This document shows positions 13,095 to 25,936 of a DNA stretch of 64,000 nucleotides, piece by piece (position 1 is the first letter of the stretch; each line of letters opens with the position of its first letter). The stretch covers positions 2,356,001-2,420,000 of the forward strand of contig OX597816.1 in the NCBI GenBank assembly GCA_951406725.2, given 5' to 3'. This DNA is from Octopus vulgaris (Eukaryota). Below the pieces are notes generated by a model. It had not been told where the DNA came from, ran no database searches, and saw only the letters and a program-made list of their open reading frames with translations. Both the position numbers and the translations under genes were made by a program.

Positions 13095-13500
13095 CTCTTT
13101 TATTCTTTTACTCTTTTACTTGTTTCAGTCATTTGACTGTGGCCATGCTGGAGCACCGCCTTTAGTTGAGCAACTCGACCCCGGGACTTATTCTTTTGTA
13201 AGCCCAGTACTTATTCTATCAGTCTCTTTTGCTGAACCGCTAAGTAACGGGGACATAAACACACCAGCATCGGTTGTCAAGCAACACTAGGGGGACAAAC
13301 ACAGACACACAAACACATACACACACATACATATATACGATAGGCTTCTTTCAGTTTCCGTCTACCAAATCTACTCACAAGAGATTGGTCGGCCCGAGGC
13401 TATAGTAGAAGACACTCACCCAAGGTGTCACGCAGTGGGACTGAACCCGGAACCATGTGGTTGGTAAGCAAGCTACTTCCCACACAGCCACTCCTGTGCC
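13095..13500 (-). mobile_element. tRNA-derived SINE family A (Octopus OK-like), full length
   Basis: Reverse complement of the 52431-52835 copy, with A/B-box head, internal microsatellite and (AAAAGAGT)n-like tail. Confidence 0.9.
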
Positions 13501-13695
13501 TATATATACACATACTTACCTTCATTTGTGTGTACACACTCACATAACCACATGCAGTAGAGAGAATATATCTGGAGTGTGTACTTTGGTTAAATACTGA
13601 CTCGAACCCTTCAATATCCCGAATTGTTTGTAGTTTTGCATGATTCATTCGGCTTGTTTTCAATAAGTGCTAAGAAAATACTTCTTAAATTACAG

Positions 13696-13847
13696 CACAT
13701 CCCCAGCAGACATTGTCGAGAGGAACCATATCTGATCCCTGCCACGGAACGCTGTTTAACATGCTTCCTTCACACAACCATTCCACTGTCCAGCATCTGG
13801 CTCCTCCCAACAGATTTCAAAGCCATTTCCTTTCTGCAGATTATTAA
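13696..13847 (+). CDS. Candidate terminal exon (phase 1; HPQQTLSRGTISDPCHGTLFNMLPSHNHSTVQHLAPPNRFQSHFLSADY*)
   Basis: Non-repetitive, GC-richer island after cttcttaaattacag|, open for 49 codons to TAA. The acceptor is weak. Confidence 0.22.
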
Positions 13848-14123
13848 AGAAGATAGTTGGGTTTTTTTTTTTTAACAGAGACGGATAATGTTTTCTTCAG
13901 TGAAACTTATCGTTTTATGAAACAGTCTCTTTCCATAAATATCGTCTTCAATAACCTTTTGTCCATCACACAGGCAACAGAGTTTTCATCTATTCTATTC
14001 AGAATCCATTGCACTTACTGCCGACCCTGACCTTCTCTATTTAATTGTGTTGCATGATTCTTGATGTATCAGATTGGTGCTTAATCAGACTTTCTGTAAA
14101 AAGAACTTGTGCATATTCTTAAG

Positions 14124-14290
<167 letters not shown>

Positions 14291-14522
14291 GATGGTTGCT
14301 AATTCCCCTTTGCTAAACCTATATATTTTGATGCCTGTTGTAAATTATATGACAACCTGGAATCGGTCTTATTCTTTTCCTTTCTGTTGTCTCATCATTC
14401 TTCTCACAGGTTTTGACACATTTCTGCCTTCTCTAAAAATAGTCTTCTTTCAAGAAATTAAGCAATATACTATTATATATTTATTTAACAATTCCTGTTT
14501 TAATCTTAATGCTTTTGCATAC

Positions 14523-14557
<35 letters not shown>

Positions 14558-14859
14558 TTTTGCAAGTAGCGGTGTGACGGTGATTTCATGATTTTCTGCC
14601 TTTTAAAGTAAGAATTTTATTTAATTCTTGTCCTCTGACTCTCTCGTCCCTTGCAGCTGATGCAAGCATGTCTGTACAGTGAAGCAGTTTGCTTCCCAAC
14701 CATGTGGTTCCATGTGGTGTACCACTGCTTGGTTGTCCCAGTGCTACGGTGGATTTGGTCAGCAGAAACTGGAAGAAGTCCTACATATATAATATAAGCA
14801 TGTGTGTGTGTGTGCGCGTTTTAGAATCTTTTTGTCCTGTCCAAAGTACCCTGGATCCC

Positions 14860-15333
14860 AGAACGTCCCGCTGTGCTTGAGGAGACCTGTTGAGTCAAGT
14901 ACATGAACATGAACGTCGAAATAAATATCAATGGAAATAGTAGTTGTGATGCCTGTGCCGGTGGCACATAAAAAGCACTATCTGAACGTGGCCGATGCCA
15001 GCGCCACCCTGACTGGTTTCTGTGCCGGTGGCACATAAAAAGACCATCCGAACGTTGCCAGCGCCGCCTTGGCTGGCTTCCATGCCGCTGGCACGTTAAA
15101 AGCTCCAACCGATCGTGGCCGATGCCGGACCCCCCCCCCTGGCACCTGTGCAGGTGGCACGTAAAAAGCACCCACTACACTCGCGGAGTGGTTGGCGTTA
15201 GGAAGGGCATCCAGCCGTAGAAACTCTGCCAGATCAGACTGGAGCCTGGAGCAGCCCCTGGCTTCCCAGACCCCAGTCGAACCGTCCAACCCGTGCTAGC
15301 GCGGAAAACGGACGTTAAACGATGATGATGATG
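14860..15333 (+). mobile_element. Young RTE 3' UTR fragment with internal about 50-60 bp tandem units, nested in an old family B SINE (about 14680-15510)
   Basis: Starts near gctgtgcttgaggagacc (AVLEET, like the RTE ORF end), has four units containing ggtggcacrtaaaaagc, retains CpGs and ends gttaaacgatgatgatg. Confidence 0.85.
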
Positions 15334-15869
15334 GAATGATTCTTGCCAATGAGCATCACTGTCATACAAGCTGTGCCTTTGTTTCCAATCTTCCACAAAA
15401 ACAGTCTGACCATAAGGAAGTATTATTTCATTTAAAACCAGGTGATGACAGGAAGGGTATCCAGCCATAGAAAATCTAACCTGTTGCAACCCTGAGAAAA
15501 ATGATGATTAGTTTCCCTGCTTTGTGAGAAATTGATCTAGAAAAACATCCGTCTCCACTGAACAAACCTACTGAAAAGTACTCAATGTTTGGTTCCTGTG
15601 TGTTCATAATTGATTAATATGTCTTATTCTAATGATTTAGATGAAATGAAGTTGTTGAAAAAAATGTTAGGTAACCTGAGGTGTTACCTTATTTGAAAAT
15701 CTAAAGTACATCAGGTGTATTGATGGAAATAACTAGCCTATTTATGTGAACCTGGCACTGTTGTTTTGGGGGTATGTTGGAAACTTGGGGTGTCTCTTGT
15801 AACCTTTTTGTAACATTTTATCCTTATTGGGTGCACAAGAATCTATTTTTGACTTATTTAATAATATCA

Positions 15870-15929
<60 letters not shown>

Positions 15930-16099
15930 CTAACTTTCTGCACAGCAGATGTTGTGCGGTGGAGATATGGTTGAAAATGTTGAATAAATATAACTAATAC
16001 TTGAACTCACACGCCACATGCCCCACCGTGTGTATATATATATATATATATATCATCATCATCATCGTTTAACGTCCGTTTTCCATGCTAGCATGGGTT

Positions 16100-16136
<37 letters not shown>

Positions 16137-16324
16137 AGTTCAGCAAAATTTAGATTCAGATGAATATTGTACTTAAGTTAAAGGCACCAGAATTTTGTAA
16201 GGTATTATCCATATAAATCAAATGGGGTGATTATTTTGATCACACATATATATATATTTATACACACACACACACACACATACATACATACACACACACA
16301 TCTGTGTTCCTCTGTGTATGGATA

Positions 16325-16335
16325 TAGAGAGAGAT

Positions 16336-16369
<34 letters not shown>

Positions 16370-16569
16370 TGTACTGCGTGTGGTTTAATGACTAAAAAAT
16401 CTGTGTAGAGTTTATTCGATTTCAGTTTGTTTATTATCTTATATCGAAATAGTTACAAAAGTTCAAATCGCCAGCGAATTTGATGCACTTCTCCCTTTTT
16501 CTCTCTCCTTACACCCAACCACCCGTTATTTATTTATTTATTCGTCCACGTGTGTACACACCCGTACGA
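16325..16569 (+). promoter_or_regulatory. Candidate alternative promoter / 5' UTR
   Basis: (GA)n tract, Inr-like TCAGTT at 16422-16427, local CpG retention, followed by an ATG and a strong donor. Confidence 0.3.
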
Positions 16570-16580
16570 ATGGCATCATT
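16570..16580 (+). CDS. Candidate coding end of an alternative first exon (MAS + 2 nt, phase 2)
   Basis: cgaATGGCATCATT|gtgagt. Confidence 0.3.
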
Positions 16581-16802
16581 GTGAGTTCTCTTCTTTTCCC
16601 CGTTTTTTTTTTTTTTTTTTCTCTGGTGACATGATTTTTGGGTAAAAACGGGAAACAAAACGCATCTGTGTTTGTTGTTTGGTCGGTTACTAATTGCAGC
16701 GATGTTGGAGATGATAATCCTTGTGAAGGATCTTTAAACCAAATCTGTGGAAAAGAGGGAAATTATGAGATATCAATTGGGTAGCAAAATAGATTTCATT
16801 TG

Positions 16803-16986
16803 GGTACTATTTGAGAACAGGGGTCCCGGTGCGCGCACTCGCGTAGTCGCGCATCCGCGCTAGCTAGTCGTGACTAGTCGATCCTACAACGACTACCAAG
16901 CAAAGTAAATAAAACACAAAGTAAGGATCGACTAGTCATGACTGGCTGGCGCGGATGCGCGAGTACTACTGTTCTCAAGTAGTACC
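16803..16986. mobile_element. CpG-rich fold-back MITE
   Basis: Outer IR ggtactatttgagaacag / ctgttctcaagtagtacc; inner IR tcgcgcatccgcgctagctagtcgtgactagtcgatcct / aggatcgactagtcatgactggctggcgcggatgcgcga; tttg on both flanks. Confidence 0.8.
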
Positions 16987-17229
16987 TTTGATTTTGCAGG
17001 GGAAATGTGGAGAAGAGAGAAAAAGAACGGTTTTGTGAAGGGCTGGCAACCCTCTGCACACACGCATTCAACGAAATATCTTCAGGTTGTCAGTAGTTAC
17101 CTCCCTTGCAACGTGATTGTTAGTCTCTTGGTGAGGAATACCAAAAGACGTCTTTTCCAATATTTGATTCTCAGTAAATTATCATTTCTCTGCAACCTTC
17201 CCTGAGTGGGAAATTATATTGTTTAGACT

Positions 17230-17260
<31 letters not shown>

Positions 17261-17343
17261 TTGCTGTTGGTTTCTGCCCAATTTTAGGGTATCTATATTA
17301 TGTAAGGAATCAATGTAGGATTGTGGTATGGCTAACATGTATA

Positions 17344-17466
17344 ACGCACACACGCACATTGACTCACACTCACAAACACGGACACACGCACACACTATTC
17401 ACACACACAAATACGCACACACGCACATTGACTCACACACAAACACGGACACACGCACACACGGAC
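17344..17466. repeat. Tandem duplication of a CA-rich unit of about 69 bp
   Basis: acgcacacacgcacattgactcacac...caaacacggacacacgcacac occurs twice. Confidence 0.8.
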
Positions 17467-18417
17467 ATTTTAAAGCTGATTCTTATCATTTTTGTTGACT
17501 GAAGTAAGATATTTTGCCTTGTTAATTATTACATGTCAAAAATTCATATCATCCCAAACAGTTTATCATGAAAATATTTAGTGGGGGAAAGTGGGGAGGG
17601 AGTTAATGATGGCAATGATGTTGTGTTGACGGTGGAAGAACTGGGTTGAGTTGGCCGATGATGGTTGAGGCAGCGGGTGAACTTATTATTCTTTACACGA
17701 ACCTTTGAAGTTTGACTTGTAAAAGATCCAAATGTATTACTAGTTATCTTTCAGGGTGGGGTGGGGGTTCGGTCTGGTAGCTTAGCACTTCCCTCTCCTT
17801 TTGTTTTTCTTCTTTCACCTGAACATCAGTTCTTAAGGAGTCGCAGCACTGCAAATAGTACAGCTAACAGATGTACCTATTTCTCTAAGGAGCAGCCATA
17901 TGGTGTTACCTGCATGGGTGGCTATTCACACATGTACAAAAGCCCTTTCACAAAAGGGGATTTGTCAGTAGCTACGAAACAAGAGATTCCCTCAATGTAG
18001 CCCAGCAGTGTCCAAGAAGTCTTCATGTAAACCAAATTCTTGCAGCAAATCTCTTGCCGTGGAAATAAAAGTTAATTCATGTTGTGGTGTCCAGTGATGA
18101 AATTCAAACTGATTCAGCCTTGTTTCCCTCCATCATTGACATTTGTTCTGTGACTGATGCCAAGGAAGCATCTACTGACAAATTCAACAAGAGCATTCAG
18201 AAAGCATGAACCTCTGCCAAGGCAACACCAACATCCTCTCAACGATTAGCTGGAGATGAGTTTTAAAATGAGATTATTGCTTTCCAGTAAGTTTGGGGAA
18301 TTTACCAACTATCTCACTTTCTCTCTCTCTCTCTCTGTCTTTCTTTCTGTCTCTCTCTCTACACACAGATATGTTGTGAAAGGATAGTAGTTCCTAATAC
18401 ATTTTTAGCTGTAACAA

Positions 18418-18465
<48 letters not shown>

Positions 18466-18774
18466 ATAGTGTAAATAAAATGATGAGGTAAAATCTAGAA
18501 TCCATGGAAAACGTTGATGGTCTGTGTCAGCAGTAATTATTCCAAAGGGAATTCATTGCTTAATTACTACAAGAAGTGAAAACTGCAACATTTGAAGTGT
18601 TGCTCTTCACACAAGGGCCAATGACCCTTGTGCCATTTAAATTTATTGAGTTTTCTTCCTAAACAAAGTGTAATTATTTGTGCCAATCATGGGCAGTGTG
18701 ACAAAATAATGTGATTATAAGTTGGTGGTTTCACAGCTAGAGTGCTAACCATTTATGTTGGTATGGATTCTCCA

Positions 18775-19500
18775 TCATTTTAATGTACAATTTTCCATGT
18801 TTGCATGGGTCTGATGGAATTTGTTGAGGCAGATTTTCTCCCACCAAGCTACACCTGTTTCCAAGCAAGGTAGTATTTGACCGTGTATTTCATGGAAGAC
18901 TGTAAATGAATGACACCACCTGTAGGATGGTGATGCTCATATGATAATATCAAGATAAGGTGACACAAATACACACTCTCCCTACCCATATGAATATATA
19001 CATGGCAAAGTGGCTGAGCTGCTTTTGAGAGTTGGGCCTCACAGGGGCAATGACTGAGACCTTTGGCATTATGCTGTGCTTGAAAAGAAGACCCATCAAG
19101 CCAAGTGAAATTGTTGTCATGGCAGAAACTGGTGTCGCACAAATGGCACCCATGCTGGTGGCACGTAGAAGCACCTAGCACACTGTGCAGCGATTGGCAT
19201 TAGGAAGAGCATCCAACCATAGAAACCACGCTAGAGTCTGGTGCAGTTCCCCACCTTGCTAGGTCTGGTCAGACTGTCCAACTCATGCCAGCATGGACAG
19301 CAGATATTAAATGATGATAATGATGATTCATTTCCGGTCTTCTGTGCAAGATATTTCAATCTGTGGGGGAATATTATCTTGTTTGGAAACAGATGAGGTT
19401 TGGTGAGAGGAAGGGCATCCAGCTGCAGAAGAGCTGGCTCAGCAAGTTTTGCCTGGCCCCTGCAAGCATGGGAAATTGGACAGTAAATAATGATGATGCA
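18775..19500. mobile_element. Cluster: family B SINE tail (-), RTE 3' end (+, about 19010-19327), family B SINE tail (+)
   Basis: The RTE piece encodes an LGLTGAMT..LWHYAVLEKKT-like end plus tail; the flanking pieces share ttggaaacag...gaagggcatcc...gcaagcatgg in opposite orientations. Confidence 0.7.
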
Positions 19501-19929
19501 GCATAATAGAAGTAAAGTAAAAATATGCTGAAGTTTTATGATTGCTCTGGAGGCAGCTCACAAGATATTTGGATAAGTTGGAGGAAAAGGATATCCGTGA
19601 TTTACTAAGACTTAGTCCCAAAGATGAACTTAAAAGACATTTGAGAAAATAGTCAGTTGCTAAAATATAAATGCAAATAAGAAAGGGGAGTTGTCTTTAG
19701 AGGATTGTTTGTGAGTTTAGGATTTGGTTTGGCAGATCAAATAACTTTACAGGATAGGAATAAATGAGATTGTTGTGTAAAACTGTGACTTCTGAACATG
19801 TCATCATCCTCCATGTGTGTGTGTGTGTAGGAAGTGTGTGAGAACATTCTCCACATGAACAAGTATAATGTTCAGAAACACACAATTACATATATTAATT
19901 AACGAAGAGTTGTGGCAATAATTAAATCA

Positions 19930-20106
19930 AGCTGGCGGCAGAGTTTCGTCCATCTTTGGATTCTGAGTTCAAATTCTGTCGTGGTGGTTGACTGCCCCTT
20001 TCATCCTTTCAGAGTTGGTAAAATAAGTACCAGTTGAATGCTGGGATGAATGTAAATGACTTACCCTTCCCCCTAAACTTGCTGGCCTTGTGCCAAAATT
20101 TGAAAC
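19930..20106 (+). mobile_element. Meta-domain-like SINE
   Basis: ttctgagttcaaattctgtc...gttgactgcccctttcatcctttc...aataagtaccag...ggccttgtgccaaaatttgaaac. Confidence 0.8.
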
Positions 20107-20207
20107 TAATGATGAGACCATGGCACCAAACACAGACACAAACACCTGACCTCCTCTCATTTGGTTGATATAAACTGCTCTCTCATGTAGCTAATAGGTA
20201 ATCTCTC

Positions 20208-21030
20208 CATCTTCATCATTAGCATCCTTGTTTCATGTTGATATTAGCCAAACAGTTTGACAGGATTCAACAAGTCAGTAGACTGTTGTCTGCCACTGTC
20301 TACTTTGGCAGGGTTTCTATGACTGGATGCCTTTCCTAAATGCCAACCACTTTACTGAGTATTCCAAGTGCTTTTTTTCATGGCACCAGCTCTAGTGAGG
20401 TTGCCAAGTAATTTGTAAGACTACAAGCACCAAGAGGCACAGCTCTATACTAAGAGATGAGGGTTTAAAGTATGAGAGAAGGGGTCAGGGCAGAACAGGT
20501 TCCTTGCTGTGGAGGGGCCACATGTCTACTTATATTTTAGAAGGGAGGGTGGAGCTGTACCCCCGCTGGTACAAGGTTAGTAGAAGTGAGAGTATGGATG
20601 GGTAGGGGTTGCAAGAGTGTATAGGAAAGTAAGAAATGGTTAGAGATGGGGGAATAAGGGGGAGGGGGTGTAATGAAGAACAAGTATTGAGTGGATGGTA
20701 AATAGGGAACTTTGGGAAGAGTAGGTGACAACTGTAAAAATTAGATATGGTCAAGGGGTGGATGATGTAGGGAAGTGAAGAACAGCAGAAGAGTGGTAAT
20801 ACAGTAGACAGGAGAATGATAAGAGAGAAGGGGGGGGTTGCAAGAGTGTGGCAGAGAGAGAGAAACTGTTGTAGTGGATGGGGAGAAAAAGAGACATGAT
20901 GATGATGGAGAAGATGAAATGGTTTGGAAGAGGAGGAGGAGGTGGAGGTGGTCAGTGTAAAATATGAGTAGAGAAGACAGTATTAAGAATGAGGAATGGA
21001 TGGTAGGGGTATCTTGGGCCCAGCTGTGCA
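20208..21030 (-). mobile_element. RTE long 3' UTR fragment (purine-rich on +)
   Basis: Same order of motifs as 6362-7400: RTE tail, ggatgcc..cctaaatgccaacc, cttgctgtggagg, then a G/A-rich tract. Confidence 0.65.
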
Positions 21031-21877
21031 TATATTGAGTAAAGGACTTTAGTTGTACAAACAGATAGCTGCAATGGCTTTTGATTTGGGTATTACAAAT
21101 TGAATTGTGATGTCCAATTTTCCCTCCTCTTTACTCAATATAATGTCTCTTTTATGTCTGTAAATTTCATTAAAACATTACTTTGTCTCATTTTTGCTTC
21201 TGCAATTAATCTCAATTCCTGTGAATTAAAATTATCTGATTCTGATAAATTGAGATGGAATTTTGGTAAACTGCTGAAAGTCTGTATTTTCGTACATTTC
21301 TATATTTCATTCCTCCTAAGTCTGGATACGAAAACAATGTTTACTGTTAAAGGATTAGCAACCTTGATAATAAACGGTACCCAAAATTAGGGTGCTGAGG
21401 ATCAACATATTACGGTCACTTATTGTCACTATTATATACCGAAACAAATATCTTTAATTCCTATTGCTAAAACAATGCAGTCACAGCCCCCAAAACCATT
21501 TTCTCTTTTCTCCTTACTTACTGTACTCTATTGTACTTACTGTAAACCTAGTTTTCCAAACTCAATAGAAAACCTCTTTTTGAATTGTTCTTCAAATTTG
21601 CATATTTATATTCGACCCTTGAACTTTTCTACCCATCCTCTCCTCTTATTGTATACTCTAATACTCAGTTCTCAGACCTGACAGGGCCACTTATACATAT
21701 CTGTTGTTCAAACTAATTTGATCCAGGCAAACTAAAGTCAGCTGCACTCTTCTGAGTGCTTCATATCTCTCTGATTGCAATCATCCCATCCAACAATAAC
21801 TTTTACTCTCACATCTCATTAAAGTTTATGTAGAAACTGATGCTGTTATCCAGCAAATACTCTTTCCTCTGGCATCA

Positions 21878-22141
21878 CATCATCATCATCATCATCATTG
21901 TTTAACGTCCGTTTTCCATGCTAGCATGGGTTGGACAGTTCGACCGGAGTCTGGGAAGCCATGGAGGCTGCACCAGGCTCCAGTCTGATCTGGCAGTGTT
22001 TCTACAGCTGGATGCCCTTCCTAACGCCAACCACTCCGCGAGTGTAGTGGATGCTTGTTACGTGCCAGGGGAGGCTGGCAACAGCCACGATCGGTTGCTG
22101 CTTTTTACGTGCCATTGGCACAGGTGCCAGGGGAGGCTGGC
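21878..22141 (-). mobile_element. Young RTE 3' end
   Basis: catcatcattgtttaacgtccgttttccatgctagcatgggttggac...ggatgcccttcctaacgccaaccactcc. Confidence 0.9.
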
Positions 22142-22271
22142 CCAAAATAGATCTTTTTTGTTGTTGTTGTTTTCTGTCATTTTAAAGGGTTTTCTTGTAA
22201 AACATGCACAGTTATAATGTAAAAGCAGGACTGTAATTAATGGGGTGGGGGCATAAAGTTTAACACCTTTT

Positions 22272-22473
22272 TATAATGTTTCAGTCAGTGGACTGTGGCC
22301 ATGCTGGGGTGTTGTTGATCAATTCAACTCAAATACTTATTCTTTTTTTGAAGTCTGATACTTACTTGATCAGACTCTTTTGAAAAATTTAGTTATGGGA
22401 ATATAAACAAACCAACAGCAGGTGTCAAGTGTTGTGATGATAAGCATGATGATATGCACATACATACATACAT

Positions 22474-22530
<57 letters not shown>

Positions 22531-22610
22531 ACAGGCTTCCCCACAGTTTCTGTCTATCAAGCTCACAGAGCCTTGATCAGTCTAGGGTTGTTGTAATAGA
22601 AGATATGTTT
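22272..22610 (-). mobile_element. SINE family A, degenerate
   Basis: tgtttcagtcagtggactgtggccatgctgggg...ttatgggaatataaacaaaccaacagcagg...caggcttccccacagtttctgtcta. Confidence 0.7.
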
Positions 22611-24814
22611 CTAAGTATCTTTCCCAGTCAATGATCAATGCTGGAAGTGTTTTCTGGCATCAGCCTGAGATCCCAGTGATCAGAAATCAATTTACAGAAT
22701 AATAAAGTTATAGATGTGTGCTTGGCCAGAAAGATCATCTGGGATTATAATTCCCAGCTGTTTTGAGGTTCTATTAACATAATTATTGAAACTGAAATTG
22801 AACTCGGCCCCTTCATACTCCCTCTAAATACTTCATGTCATCAGGCTGCGTATCTCACAGTTACAAATTGAATCTTAGCAACATCAGCTTCCTTTTGATC
22901 CGTTCGTTGATTATAAAATATTTAACAATAGACTCTTCTTCTTCTTCTTTCCCTCTAGAAAATTAGTTTCAATTCAGCTTTCAAAAATCAATAGTGATCA
23001 AAATTTTGAAATTTTTTTGGTTATTTAAATATTCAAAGACCATTACCAATAACAGTAATGTTAGCATCTTCACAGCTCTTCAATGCTATCTTATTAAATC
23101 TCAATGTTCGTTTGTACAGCGTCTTCTTGTGCTGGTCCATCATATATTACCTGTGTAATGTTCACAGTTTCATAACGTATAAGCTTCTGTGCGATGCTAT
23201 TGTTTTTTATTTTGTGAGAGAGGCAATGCTCATAGGTTTTTTATACCCTCCTAGATTTAAGGGTTATGCAATTTCATAGTAATATTATACACTATAGAAG
23301 ATTTTGTCAGAATTAAACAACACAAGTCTGGAAAAATGAGGAACGGTCTGTATCAAGAGTAGCATATGAAGCAAAAAAAAACCCCAACAAAAACACGTTA
23401 ATAAAAATTCATAATATAAGTTAGGTGTGTGTGTGTGTGTGTATGTGTGTGTGTGTGTGCTATGAGGTAAAATGTGTTCTGGCATTTTTGGCAGGTTCCT
23501 CTGTAGACAGAAAGAAAGAAAAAAGAGGTTCTGATAAGATTATTAAATTCGACTTGAATTCTTGCACATTAGTGATTAGAGAAGGTCAATGAGGAGGAAG
23601 GGAACTTTCTAGAATTGTTTCGTTCAGAAGCATTGGCAGAAGATTAGATCTGTTAATGCCGAGAAATGTTTTCTTTGAAAAAAACGTTGAAAGAAAAGCA
23701 TTAAATGCATTCTGTTGACAAACTAATCTTTAGTATTAAAAGTGATTGTTGCAGAATGTTTTAATTGTTGATATTCTTGTCTGTTTTATCACACAATCTG
23801 AGCCAAGCATAATTGTGAAGGCTGGTTACCAATTTCAGTGAATTTTGTACTCAAATACAAAATTTTCAGCATAATTTAGGGAAAGAATCAAAAACGATTC
23901 AGGCTTAAATTATGGTAATTAGCTTGTAAAGTATTTAATCACACACGCAATTATCTGTGAAAACACGGCCTCCGTGATGAAGTGTTTTATGCTTATGATT
24001 TCAGTAATCCACTCTGCTTGGGCAACTTTTAGGCAGGGAACAGGGGATGAAGGCATTTCATAAATAAAGATTAGTATGGGTGTAATTATGTTTTAAAGAA
24101 GATTATTTTTCTAGATGAAAGGGGAAATTGTATTTGTTGAGATACCTGAAGGTATTTTAATGAAGGTAACTGTAAGCCAACTAAACCACACCACTAATTA
24201 ACATACACTGCTTCTAACATTGCTTCTAGTAATGATATCATAAAGCATAGCTGCTGAATAGATAAGAATCATTCGTATCACCCACCATAAACATATATAT
24301 GTAACCTATCTTGTGGCTAAGAATATTTTTGCTGATGTATTTTTGTTGTTCAACAATGTGAATTCAGCTGTCCAATCCACTGAGTTACCTGCTTTTGGTC
24401 TACAGGTGCAGTCTACAGTTTCGTTCAAGCCCAATTTCACTCACAAGGAACCATCTGGTCCAAGGTTGTAGACAATTACATTTGCCCAAGATGCTATGTT
24501 GTGGGATCAAACCTGGACCTTGTGGTTGCAAAGGGAACTACTTAACTACTTAGCCATTTTGCACCTACATTTTATGAGAGAGGGCGTGTATGTAGTAAAA
24601 TCATGGTCTTAACTCCTTTGTCTTGTGATGTTTTACTAAAATATTTATTGTCTTGATAAAATCCTGTGAATTCTGCACTTTTTGATGCAAAATAGCACTT
24701 GCAGTTGGTTCTATTTGTTGATTTTAAATTTAAACCAACAAACAGTTTGTTTGAACACTTGGAAAACTGAAACGGATTACCATCTGACTTCTACAATATA
24801 TTGGTTTTGAAATC

Positions 24815-25048
24815 GAAATCGATAAAAAAAATCAATGGAAATTGTAGTTGGGATACCAGTGCTGGTGGCACGTAAAAAGCACCGACTACACTCACGGAGT
24901 GGTTGGCGTTAGGAAGGGCATCCAGCTGTAGAAACACTGCCAGATCAGACTGGAGCCTGGTGCAGCCTCCTGGCTTCCCAGACCCCAGTCGAACTGTCCA
25001 ACCCATGCTAGCATGGAAAGCGGACGTTAAACAATGATGATGATGATG
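24815..25048 (+). mobile_element. Young RTE 3' end
   Basis: ggtggcacgtaaaaagcacc...aacccatgctagcatggaaagcggacgttaaacaatgatgatg. Confidence 0.9.
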
Positions 25049-25271
25049 CCAACATGAAATCCATCGGTTTCGTGATTAGACTTGCTTGATAGGTTCCTCA
25101 TAGCAGCACACTTTCCGTAAAGTCTATAAGTTTCCATTGGACTGCATTCCATTAGAAAGACAGATTGGTTTCCATTGTCAGTTGATTACCAAAGTCAAAC
25201 AACTTTGGTCCTGGTTGGTGGTACTTAAATGGACAGTCATTTGATGCTGAAACTTCTGTAGAATAAGTTAA

Positions 25272-25655
25272 AGCATGGCTGTTAAGAAGTTTCCCAGCTA
25301 TGTAGTTTCAGGTTCAGTCCCACTGCATGGCACCTTGAGAAGATGTCTTTTACTATACATTCAGGGTGACCAAAGCCTTGTGAGTGAATTTATTAGAAAG
25401 AAACTGAAAGAAGCTTATTGTGTGGGTGTGCATTCACGTCTGCACTCTACGAAAGCCTCTCTGAATGGTGTTGTTGCTGTCACTTCTCTCAGCAATCTTT
25501 CTTCTCATTTTGGGCCTTGATAGCCATGTGAATTAAGCAACCTCTTACTTGACAGGTAGAAGTTAGAAACAGAAAAGATATTTGACTATAAAACAATACT
25601 TCATTGGTATATTCATCTAACCCATGCTAGCATGGAAAAAAAGATGTAAAATGAA
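25272..25655 (+). mobile_element. Old tRNA-head SINE with alternative body and RTE-type tail (family C); similar copy at about 31330-31725
   Basis: Head ggttcagtcccactgcatggcacc...aaactgaaagaagc; tail aacccatgctagcatggaaaaaaagatgtaaaatgaa. Confidence 0.65.
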
Positions 25656-25709
25656 TAAACAAAAACACTATTGAAAAAAAATTTAGTAAATCAGTGAGTT
25701 TCCTATAAT

Positions 25710-25936
25710 TGTTGGCCGTTGCCAGCCCCGCCTGGCACCTGTGCAGGTGGCACGTAAAAAGCACCCACTACACTCACGGAGTGGTTGGCGTTAGGAAGGG
25801 CATCCAGCTGTAGAAACATTGCCAGATTAGACTGGAGCCTGGTGCAGCCTTCTGGCTTCCCAGAACCCCGGTCGAACCGTCCAACCCATGCTAGCATGGA
25901 GAACGGACGTTAAACGACAATGATGATGATGATGAT
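25710..25936 (+). mobile_element. Young RTE 3' end
   Basis: Near-identical to 15140-15333. Confidence 0.9.

Noticed and set aside
14940-15175. Repeat-spacer-like array resembling CRISPR
   Set aside because: Units are degenerate, the spacers are homologous to each other, the array is part of an RTE 3' UTR, there are no cas genes, and the DNA is eukaryotic.
17831-18292. Non-repetitive block from a possible acceptor to a gtaagt donor (MSFKMRLLLS)
   Set aside because: No continuous frame; it could be a UTR exon, but evidence is insufficient.
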